Below are positions 52,679 through 63,410 of a stretch of DNA of 64,000 nt, piece after piece (the stretch's first letter is position 1; every line of letters starts with the position of its first letter). The notes under the pieces are model-generated. The model did no database searches and was not told the origin of the DNA. It saw nothing but the letters and a program-made list of their open reading frames with translations. This stretch comes from Rhizodiscina lignyota (lineage: Eukaryota). The translations under genes were made by a program, and so were the position numbers. The stretch spans positions 1,302,001 to 1,366,000 of the forward strand of contig ML978121.1 in the NCBI GenBank assembly GCA_010015805.1, given 5' to 3'.

Positions 52679-55600
52679 ATGTCGGGCTTCGGAGGATTCG
52701 GAGGCTTCGGCTCCAACAACAACAACAACAACAACAACAGCAACCAGCAGAGCTCTGGCTTTGGCGGCTTTGGTTCGAATAACAATAACACTTCAAACGC
52801 AGGTGAGTTACAATCTTCTTTCTCTCGCGAGGAGCATGTCCTGGACGCGCCTGCCTCTCCACTACGGTCGCCGTCGAACTCGGTACTGAGAAATTTCGCC
52901 ATCGCAGGCTTTGGATCTGGTTCCTTCGGCAGTTCGACGAACACTGGTGGCGGCCTTTTTGGCGGTAACACTGGTGGCGGCTTTGGCACTGGTGGTACGT
53001 GTTCCACTTTCACTTCCTCATGCGCCGATACTGTTACGTTGGCGCCTCTCCGGAGCATTTCTACCTGCACGCGCCGCTGTTGCATCCTGTGGAGTTTGCG
53101 CCAACACTGATCATGTCCTTCTCGCCTGGAGTCAATCATGCCTCGTCCGACCAGCACTCGCTCTGTTAGAACAACTGCACTAATGGAATTTTTTAGGTTT
53201 CGGCTCCAACAATGCCTCCTCAGGCTTCGGCGCGAAGCCCACATTCGGTGGCACCACTAACACAAGCTCTGGTGGGATTTTCGGATCAGGAACCCAGACA
53301 AGCAGCGGGTTTGGTGGATTTGGCTCCAACAATGCAAACAATGCAAGCGCTGCAAACATTGCGAACACTGCAAACACTGCAAACACCTCGACAAGCGGCT
53401 TCGGAAGTGCGCCTGGTGGTGGTCTGTTCGGTCAGAACAAGCCGACATTTGGAGGCACATCCAATCAGACCGGAAGCCTATTTGGTGGAGGAGGCAGTAC
53501 CGGCTTTGGTGGCAATGCTGCTAACGCCACTCCATCATTTGGCTCAGCAGGCGCTGGCTTAGGCGCTGGCTTCGGCGCCAGTGGGGCTGCTCCTCAGAAC
53601 AGTGGCACGGGTAACGTTCAGTTCGAGCCGGTTCGGGAGAAGGAGGGCTCAGGCATGGCAATCTTCAACAGCATTACCATGCAACAGCCCTATCAAGGAT
53701 TTTCCTTCGAAGAGTTGAGGCTAGCGGACTATGCTCAGGGAAGGAAATATGGGAATCAGAATGGACAGGCAGGCGCATTCGGTCAATCCAGTGGATTTGG
53801 AGGATTTGGCTCTAACAACACCGGCACATCTGGCTTTGGCACTACTACCAACAATCAACCCAGTGGTCTCTTCGGTGGCTCGAACACCACCTCTACAGGC
53901 TTCGGCCAACAGAACAACAACGCCGCTGGCTTTGGAGGTGGAGGTGGAGGTGGAGGTGGAGGACTCTTCGGTGCGAAGCCCGCAACTGGAGGCGGTCTTT
54001 TTGGCACCACCGCGACGTCAGCACAGCAGAGCGGTGGCCTCTTTGGAACAAGTGGCAATACCGGCGGCTTTGGCACCAGCAACACTGGTGGCTTCGGTAC
54101 AAACACGAGCACTACTGGTGGCAGTGGTCTCTTCGGCCAGCAACAGAACAAGCCAGCCTTTGGCGGCTTTGGCACCTCTACTGGAACCGGAGGTGGGTTC
54201 GGTCAGACTTCCGGGACCCCTGGATTTGGCCAGACAGCCACAACCTCGGCCGGCGGTGGATTATTCGGAACTGGTGGTACCGCCACATCATTCGGGCAAC
54301 AGAACACTGGTTCTTCTTTTGGTGGCTTTGGTCAACAGAACAATCAGAACCAGAACCAGAATCCGAGTCAGGGCGGCGGCGGCTTGTTCGGTGGTGGTGG
54401 TGGCTTCGGCTCCAACAACCAGCAGCAGCAACAGAACAAGCCTGCTGGCCTGTTTGGCTCGGCTCAACCGTCTACCGGCGGCGGTCTTTTCGGCGCACAG
54501 AACAATCAGCAGCAGACTGGAGGTGGCCTGTTCGGTGGTACAAGCAATAACCAGCAGCAAAACGGTGGTCTGTTCGGAAACAAGCCAGCAGCCACCGGCT
54601 CGACTTTGTTCGGCAGCGGTACGACGAATACCAACACTGGAGGTGGTTTGTTTGGAGGCCTTGGCCAGAACAACCAGCAGAATACTGGAGGCGGCTTGTT
54701 CGGAAACCAGAACACTCAGCAGCAGCAGAAGCCACTATTTGGCGCGCTAGGCACCAACAGCAATCAAGCTAATACTGGCGGCGGTCTTTTTGGTGGCAGC
54801 CTCGGTCAGAACAACCAGCAGCAGCAGTCGGTTCTGGGCGGCTCAGTTTTTGGCAATAGCCAACAGAACCAACAGCCTGCAGGGAACAGCATGTTTGGCA
54901 ACACCCAGCAGAATCAGCAGCAGCGGCCGCAACAACTTACTACCTCTCTGCTAAATGTCAACCCGTATGGCAACGACCAATTGTTCCAGAGTCTTGGAAC
55001 CTCAACATCGAGTCCTGGCCCTATTGCCACGCCTCTATCTGGTGGCCAGAAGGCGCGCAAGCCTGCAATTCTGCCGCAGCACAAGATCAATCTGGCCGCT
55101 TCCAATCGGCTTTACACGCCTCCCAGGCGACCCACCGGCTATGGTTTCTCGTACTCAACCTATGGCACTCCTGGCAGCGCCATCGGTACCCCTACTGGGA
55201 TGACCGGCTTCCTGGGCACTGGAAGCATTGGCAGATCTCTCGGTAAGAGCTTTTCGTCTAGCAATTTGCGAAATGTTTACAGCGCCGAAGAGAGCAGCCT
55301 CCTACCTGGAGCCTTCACGCCAGGCCGTAGCCCGTTTGGAAGCAACAATCTAAAGCGTCTGTCCATCAACCGCAATCTAGATACCCGTGGCAAGAACACC
55401 CTCTTCCCGCCCGAAAACGAAGAGATGGCACCGAGGAAGAAGGTTGTGTTTGAGGGTAGTACAGTGAATGGAGAGACTCCTAACGGAAACTTGAACGGCA
55501 CTACTGGCGCCCTTGTGCGTACAGAGGAAGAGAGCCCGACACCTCCAACCGAAACGTCTACAGTGAACGGCCAAATCAACGGCCAGGCAAACGGCACCAC

Positions 55601-58600
55601 CGCGCATGAGATGGGAAAGACCAACGGCAACGGGCTTGGGACCGTCCCAGAAAATGGCCAACCGGCGGGATCTACTGAGCGGAACCAAGCTGACGCTGTC
55701 AAGGAGCATGCTCGCAGAACTCAGACAGATCAGCCGATTGGAGAATACTGGTCTCAGCCCTCGATCGCCGAGCTTAAGAAGATGAACAAAAACCAGCTCA
55801 AATCTGTCCGCAATTTTGTTGTTGGCCGTGAAGGCGCCGGAAAGATCGAGTTTGGTGATGTTGATCTTTCAGACGTCCCACTCGATCTGATCATTGGCGA
55901 CATTGTCAAGATCAACATGCGTGCGGCTACAGTCTACAGTGAAGTGGGCAAGATCAGAAAGCCACCGGTCGGTAAAGGCCTCAACGTACCGTCGATCATT
56001 ACGTTGGAAAATTCTTGGCCGAGGAAGCATGCTGGACGCGTACAAGTTCTTCAGAAGACGGGTTATCACTATGAGAAGCATATCGCTCGGCTGAAGCGCG
56101 TTCCCGATACGGAGTTCATCGACTACGACACTGAGACTGGTACTTGGACGTTCAAGGTTGAACACTACACGACTTATGGACTCGACTATGACGATGACGA
56201 GGACGAGACCATGGATGACACAATGATGAGCGGTGCTTTGCCGGTACAAGCCCCGGCTCCGTACGATTCGACTGCTAGCAGAAGTGTCTTTGCTGTTCCA
56301 GACACTACGCCAAGCCAGCATGAGTTGGCTAGTGCAGACGAGTCGAGCCCTGACATGTCAAGCCCTGACGACACATTCCATTTTTTCAAGGGCAAGCCGC
56401 AAAAGAACCTACCAGGCAATTTTGATGATGAAGACATGATCTACGAGGATGAGGAGATGGAAGAGGTGGCAGATGACAGCATGGATACCACTCAGCAGTC
56501 TTTTTTAGGTGATGGCTCTGTGGGTTCGTCTATCGACAATGGTGAGCAGCCTATTGCCACTCACGACGACGAATATGCATTGGTACACCAGGAAGAGATG
56601 GTGGGCGCTTTTCCAGACCCAGTGCAGTCCACAGAGCATGTTCCGGCTCAGGACTCTCCGACGAAGCTGAAATCGATCTTAAAGACTAGCCAATTTGGCC
56701 GCAATATGATCGACACGCCGGCGAAGAATAGGTTCATCCTCGAATCGAATTGGACGGAGCAACTGCAGCGTACCGCGAGCCCGAGGAAGCAGAACCGACA
56801 GGTCCTTCGTGAAAGCCAAGCAACGATCCTCAAGACGCAAGAAGAGATCAGCGCCATCCCAAAGCCTATCGGCGCAGACAAGGGTTTCGCAACCAGCATC
56901 GACATAATGAAATCACTTTTTGGTCGAAGCGAGAACGGATACGCTGGAGCTACGAAGAAGCAGGGCGCGGAGGGCAAAGGCTTTGAGGTGTGATTTTATT
57001 TTCTCGAATTCCCAAACATCCCGAAATTGCATCATCCCCATCACAACAATCCAGATTGCCCCCCAGTTCACACACGATATGCACCAATCATGAGGTTTTG
57101 GGTCTTCATACAGCGTTGGGTAGGGATCGGTCTTTCAAGCCATGATGGAAATGGCTAGGGCCGGAAGTTGCGCCGCATCATGTACCTAGCGCAAATGTAA
57201 TAGAAACAGTTACTGAAATCCTCTTTTCTTCTAGTGGCCCCATGCAAAGCGACCGAAAACAATCGACGCCTTCACCGAAATGAGCGAGACCGAGAAGGCA
57301 TTCCACCTTTCGAACAAGCCCAGCTGGGGCCCAGACGGTACTTTAGTATACGCAATTCCGGGCAACGCTAAGAAGTTGAGAGGTGGACCAGTTGTAAACC
57401 TGAAGGATAGTCTAGTTGGAGAATACAAGGATATTAGGTTTGCGAGGTTTGCTACACCAGAGAACGTAAGTTTCGAACACACTTAGCCCATTCTGACACC
57501 GCAACTGATGGTATAGCAGCTTCTTCCCGAGACACTGGACATTCAGAAGTCGTTCACTCGAATCACTACGTTGCACGACCACGCTCCTCATGCGTCACTG
57601 AATGCTGGCGTTTCTTTCGCAGACTTGGCGAGTGTTGTCGATGCCTCAACCTCAGCAGGGCAGTACGAGCAGGCCGTTTGGAAGCTTGCCAGCATCTTGT
57701 TTGACGAACTACCTGCAAGCACCATTCCGAGAGGCCTCAAACCAGAGCAGCGCCCAGCGTTCCTATCCCGACTTCGTAAGGACAGGCTTAGCCACTTCTG
57801 GAAAATACTCGTTCAGCCGGCCGCCAATGCTCAAGTCTTCCAATCCAACAATGGCGAAGAAAGGGCGATGGCGCATCTCTCCGCTGGCAATATAACCGCA
57901 GCATGCACAGAACTCTTTCAAGCTGGTGACTTCAAGCTGGCCACTATGTTCGCTCAAGTGCAAGGCATCGATCACGTATTCCGAGACCGGATGCAGAAGC
58001 AGCTCGAACACTGGGATTTACTCGGTCAGCTGGCGGAGTTCAGCCCATATACTAGGGCTTTCTATGAGATTCTAGCGGGGAATGTGGCCGTTGTTCATAG
58101 CAAGCCAGGCCCGCAGGAGGAGCGAATCGTCGGCTTTGGCATTGCTGAGAAGTTTCGTATGGACTGGAAGAGGGCGTTTGGATTGAGGCTGTGGTACGCG
58201 ACCATGGCAGGTGATTCGATTGAGGAGGCTGTCAAGGCTTATCAGGACGACATCAACGGCGGAAGAGAGCGCCTGGTACCTGTACCATGGTTCGTGGAGT
58301 CTGGAGGGAAGGCGAAAGACGATGACTGTGAGGACCTGTTGTGGGGTCTACTCAAGCTGTATGCAGCGCAGCAGTCCGACGATGTGTCTGCGAGATTGGA
58401 GGCTGTCCTAGCTCCTGAAAACGTCAGCGGAAATCCGATCGACGCGAGGCTGAGCTGGCAATTGCTACAGGTTCTTAAGGCGAAAGGGGTAACGAACTCC
58501 GTCCCGTTGGGTGATGACAGCGAAGACGAAGACAGCGAGAAAGAGAATCGTGGCGTGGTCACCCGAGGCAGAGCAAAGAAGGACGAGCAGGCGCTGGCCT

Positions 58601-59540
58601 TGGCTTCTGATGCATTGACGTCGCTCTACGTCTCCGCATTAGAGTCTGCGCTACCCGCCGCCTCTACCTATGCACAGGCCCAGATTCTGTACACGGCGCT
58701 CTTTGTGCTGCTGCATCTTTCGAACGACGACAAGCGACAGTCAGCGATCAAGAACTTGATCTCTCATACAGCACCGCTGCTCTCGTTGGATCCGGAATTC
58801 TCGACCGTACTGGTTGGAGCAAAGCTCACGCCAAGCACCGACGCTACTCGCGCCCTAGCCACAGCTATGGAGACGAACCTCATCCCCGCGATCACGGACT
58901 TGCCCGGAACGCCTGGTGGCCTAGGCATTCTCGTCACATGGCTCGCCGAAGCGCAAGCTCTCTGGGCCCGCACAGTGCAGCACGATTCCGTTGCTCAGGC
59001 AAAGCACCTTATCGACGCTGGCCGCATCGCTGAAGCACACGCTGTTCTTGTACACGAGATTGGTCCGTCAGCTATCGTCAAGCGCAACTATGACGAGCTG
59101 CGTGAGGTGCTAGGCGGCTTTGAAGGCCACATCAAGCACATTTCCGGATGGAAGGCTGGCGGTGGTGTGTTCTTCGACTTTATCCATCTGCTTGATATGG
59201 GAAAAATCGAGGGCGCCGAGCAGGTCGCGGAGCGCAAGGAGAGGGTGGAGAGGCTGGTGAGGGGATTGGAATCGATGGCGAAGGGCATGGGGAGCGATGC
59301 GAGCGTTGTCGAGAGGGCGGGGCTGTGGGAGATGGGAAGGGTGGTGGCGGATAAGGCGGCGTCTGAAGAGGTGAGTTGCTTCCATCAACTAAGGTCTCGT
59401 GAGAAATGAAACTGACTGGTACCTAGGCCGTGCCTACATTGAAGCTTCTAGACATTCCTCTCACGGAAGACGTGTACCTGAAGCACATTCGGGAATTGAC
59501 CTTGGGCTACTATCGTGCGCTTATGGCCGGTGGTCAGTAA
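52679..59540 (+). CDS. NUP98: Nucleoporin Nup98-Nup96 precursor (SonB/Nup189/Nup145-like)
   Basis: Exons 52679-52802, 52908-52994, 53197-56987, 57235-57465, 57517-59370, 59427-59540. FG/GLFG repeats, GLEBS motif (SFEELRLADY), autoproteolytic domain ending FKVEHY|TTYGL, Nup96 motifs KPSWGPDGTL and DWKRAFGLRLWY. Confidence 0.95.
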
Positions 59541-59825
59541 CGCTTTGGCTTTGTTTTGGCTTCCTTCTATTTTGTTTTAATTGAGCTTCGTTGCTACTGG
59601 AAGCGAGCGGTTTCCTGGGCGGCACTTTGCTGCGCTTTGCTCTCGACGTGGCATTGAGAATTGGCCAAGCGGCAGTTCACATAAAAGTTGTACAATAGGC
59701 TGAGTTGGTTCTTGCGAAAGGAATACAGTATTTTAATACTGCGTAACTGCGCCCTTGTAACTGTCAGATTGCGTTGCGGAGCAGGTTTGCGTTGCTGATC
59801 CTCTGATCACTATGGAGTAGTAAGT

Positions 59826-60117
59826 GATAAACTCACCCAGCTGACTCGGTCAACACCGGTCAATGCGTCTGCTTCGTGATGCTCGTGATCTTGCAGTGGG
59901 GCAATATTCTCGCCATCCGAAACAAGACAATGTCCATTCTCCAGGCCGATCCGGTTCGACCGCAGCGCCCAAACCCGTGACTCATTGTCTCGGTCCTCGT
60001 CTCACTGGGAATCGCCGTCTTTGTAACAGAGGTTCCTGGAATTCAGGGCTTATTTGGCACAGCATCTGTCCCAATTGAGTTCTGGCCAAAGGGTCCGCTG
60101 GAACGATTGCCTGGTGA
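59826..60117 (+). pseudogene. Decayed C-terminal fragment of a P-type IIC (Na+/K+ or H+/K+) ATPase alpha subunit
   Basis: Frame from 59849 reads VNTGQCVCFVMLVILQWGNILAIRNKTMSILQADPVRPQRPNP*LIVSVLVSLGIAVFVTEVPGIQGLFGTASVPIEFWPKGPL, then IAW* in a shifted frame. Internal TGA at 59978; no upstream catalytic domains. Confidence 0.75.
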
Positions 60118-60856
60118 CACATGGCCGCGCCGATGCGCGGAAAGGATTTGATAACGCGTCGTTCATTACAGTTGATGAGAAGTATGATGATTGCTTACGC
60201 ACTGTGCGAAATGTATGTATGCAATTGCACAGTAACCCTGCCCAAACGTGCACTGATCTCCGTGAAACCCGCTGCCAAGTGTACGAGATGGTAAATTGGG
60301 AGTTGCTCATACTGGAAGCGCAGTGGATGGGCAAATGAGACGTCCTGGGCGTTATGGAAAGTTTTACAAATCCGACACATCTTCATCTTTTGACTTCATC
60401 ACCCAATTGGTGCAGCGGCTTCTCCTTGAAAACTACAACCCCTATTTGACATCCTGCCATCCGAATATTATTGTGAGCATTATTTTAACGCTACGAAAGC
60501 CCATCAAGGAACCGGAAAACAGGATTATTCCATAGTCTCGGACGGTAGCTTGAATATGTTGAGACACATAAGAGGGCATGGCATAGAGTGATATAAATTT
60601 GTGGAGAAAGAAATCTGATATCAAAAGTTTTAGATCCACAAGAATGCAAGAGGCTGAGACTAGAGGCTGAGACAAGAAGCTGATATTTATCTCAGCATCT
60701 TGGTCGTAAGCTGCCCTTTGCAGCCCACGCACTTCAGCCTCGGATCACTGTCTGCTCCGCGCTTCGTTCCGTACATGTTACCTAATTATCAGAGCGCACG
60801 GCTTTCTGCCGAATTGCTCTACAGATCTCACATCTTCTCTACAATGAGCTTCAAAT

Positions 60857-61690
60857 ATGTCACAGAATAGCTTCGGATCAGTTCAGCGTGTGGCATTGGC
60901 CGGCTTAGGGGCCATTGGCTTACAAGTCGCCCGAACTCTTGATGCAGGCAAAATCAGGGGCTTTGAGCTTGCCGCCGTCGCAGTTCGAGACACGGAAAAG
61001 GCCAAGAAGACGCTTTCTGACTTTCAACGACCGCCGACTGTTCTTGATTCCGTCGAAAGTCTAGCAGAATATGCCGACTTGGTCGTTGAGTGCGCACCTG
61101 CTCGCATACTGCCGCAGATTGTACGTCCATTTCTCAATGCTGGCAAAACCGCGGTTGTAGTGAGCTGCGGAGCACTCCTGGAAAATGAAGACCTGCTACA
61201 ACTGGCACGAGACAAGGGCGGCCGAATCATTGTTCCTACTGGCGCCCTCATCGGCCTTGATGCAGTCGCGGCCGCGGCTGAAGGCACGATCTATTCTGTG
61301 ACGATGACCACTCGCAAGCCAGTCCGGGGCCTTTTGGGTGCTCCTTATTTGGTTGAGAACAATATTGACATCGAAAATATCCAAGAACCGATGCGTGTGT
61401 TCTCTGGCACGCCTCGTGAGGCTGCGAAGGGATTCCCAGCGAATCTCAACGTCGCTGTAGCAATTTCACTTGCCGGCATTGGGCCAGACAAGACAAAACT
61501 CGAGATTTGGGCGGATCCAAAGCATGAGCGAAATTCCCATTATATCAAGGTAGAGGCCGACTCAGCAAACTTTTCAATGGAAATCGAGAACGTCCCGTCT
61601 GAGGCCAATCCGCGAACTGGTCAGATCACAGCATATTCGGTTATATCGTGTTTACGCAAGCTCACAGCTCCGCTGGCTGTTGGTTCATAG
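60857..61690 (+). CDS. nadX: L-aspartate dehydrogenase-like protein (NadX/DUF108), bacterial type
   Basis: Intronless, 277 aa. Rossmann GLGAIG, DLVVECA, SCGAL, PTGALIGLD, TRKP, REAAKGFPANLNVA, WADP, NSH, ENVPSEANPRTG. Confidence 0.9.
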   Translation: MSQNSFGSVQRVALAGLGAIGLQVARTLDAGKIRGFELAAVAVRDTEKAKKTLSDFQRPPTVLDSVESLAEYADLVVECAPARILPQIVRPFLNAGKTAVVVSCGALLENEDLLQLARDKGGRIIVPTGALIGLDAVAAAAEGTIYSVTMTTRKPVRGLLGAPYLVENNIDIENIQEPMRVFSGTPREAAKGFPANLNVAVAISLAGIGPDKTKLEIWADPKHERNSHYIKVEADSANFSMEIENVPSEANPRTGQITAYSVISCLRKLTAPLAVGS

Positions 61691-62256
61691 CGAAATCATT
61701 CTCAAAAAGGATTTTCTGGAGGCTGTCTAAAGAGAAAGATGGGGTGGGGCAGGTGGCTTGCTGCTGGTCTATCTTTGTGGAAGGATTGCGGCACAGCACT
61801 GCGACGCTTAACCAGGACGTCGGGTTTCAAAGCCATGCAGCTTGGCTAGATTGGTTAAATTCCCTTACTTTCTTTTAAAAGAAGCTGCTCTCTCGTTACT
61901 GTTCCAGTGCGTCGCATTCATAAGGCTGCGCGCCTACCTGTGGTTTGACACTGTCGCTCGGTGCGCTCGGCTCAACCGGGGTGACGGATAGTGATGCTTG
62001 ATAATTGCTCTCATGATCTTCGCATTATTAGAAACATCAATGAATCAAGGTATCAAAAAAGCCCATCCGAGTAGCTAAGTGTTTTCGCTAACCTTATGAT
62101 TGGGCCCCGCAGCGAACACTTCTCAAACCGCGAACCACTTTGTTTGACAACCCCTCTTTTCACACGTGTATTTCTCTTCTGTCCTGAGAACCTTTATCTG
62201 ACTTTCAATTTACTCATACGATCACTAACTCTTTCCATACTGCACGCCTTATCGAA

Positions 62257-63282
62257 ATGCCACGATCGAAGTCTCGTGCCTCCTCCACCGAAGTGTGGGA
62301 TCCGTGGGCGGCGTTCAACGTGTACAACGACGAACGCGATGGTGCTTTCACCTGTACCGGAGAAACCATAAGGGGAAAGAGGTGTCAAAAACCTCTTGGG
62401 CCGAATAAAAGGACGGCAGATGATATTCTAAACCGGTTGGCGAGACAGCAACCTTCCACTACCCTGATGAACGATGAACTCGAAGAGCTTGCACACTATT
62501 CTTCTTGTGGCCAATATAAAGAGGCCCACTCTCGTACTGCTGCAGCGTACTTCAAACGAATTGTCGCTGATCTCGAGAACGCAAAAAATGGATCAGAACC
62601 AGCTTCCGCCAGCGCGGGGGCGTCACATGAGAACATACCGATATCACCTGAGCCAGAAGCTACAGATTCGACGCCTGAGAGTGAATCCACCATTACTGCT
62701 CTCCTGCAGACGATAGAAGACCAAGGAACTACTCATAATGCTGAGATGCAAGAGATACGCCAAGAAAGAGATGTGTTGCAAGAACAGGTATCAAGGCTTC
62801 TTCAAGAGAGAAATGCTGCCGAAGAATTAGCAAGAGCGCATCGAGCTGAAACGGAGAGCCTCCTTAGACAATGTTCCGAGCTCCAAACATTATTCAGCTC
62901 CTTGTCATTGAACTCGGAACCGAACAGCGAGGACTGCTCAGAGCAACACACTGCGCGCCGCCCGGTCGACAACGATTGTAGTATCTGTTATGAGAGCATG
63001 ATGAATAGCCCTGCAGAGAAGCTCGTATGGTGCAAGAAGGAGTGTGGGAAGAGCGTGCATAAGCTTTGCTTCATCAAGTGGCAGACGGAACAGATCGCTC
63101 CTCAGGGACGTAGTCTGCGCTGCATACATTGGTAAGTCCTTGTCACTTCCACATCAAGAAGGAGATGTTTCCCTCATGTGTTTAGAAAATCAAGGCTAAC
63201 ATCCATTTTCAACAGTCGCGCAGATTGGACCGGACCTTGTTCGCACGACAACATCTTGCCTCGAGACAACCATGGAGCCTGA
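62257..63282 (+). CDS. Coiled-coil plus C-terminal RING finger protein
   Basis: RING CSIC...WCKKECGKSVHKLC...CIHC|RADW is completed by an intron from 63132. N-terminal CTGETIRGKRC motif, central coiled coil. Confidence 0.75.
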
Positions 63283-63410
63283 AGACCTTGCATTGCATAT
63301 CGGTTCGAACATGATAACATTGATGTTGTTACGAAGAGATGCTCTTTACTCTCATCAGCAAACAACTCCTATTTTAGCTACGAGCGATACGATTTTCATC
63401 CCAAGACACT

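Noticed and set aside
52679..54930. Highly repetitive GGN/TTT/AAC/CAG-rich stretch resembling an array
   Set aside because: Encodes Nup98 FG/GLFG repeats and poly-N/Q/G; not a CRISPR array or satellite.
57514..57519. NAGNAG acceptors (also 5480-5485, 28396-28401, 51294-51299)
   Set aside because: Common feature giving one-residue differences; no evidence of function.
59978..59980. TGA at a Trp position as a target of restorative A-to-I editing or readthrough
   Set aside because: Accompanied by frameshifts, an internal deletion and absence of the rest of the gene; plain decay explains it.
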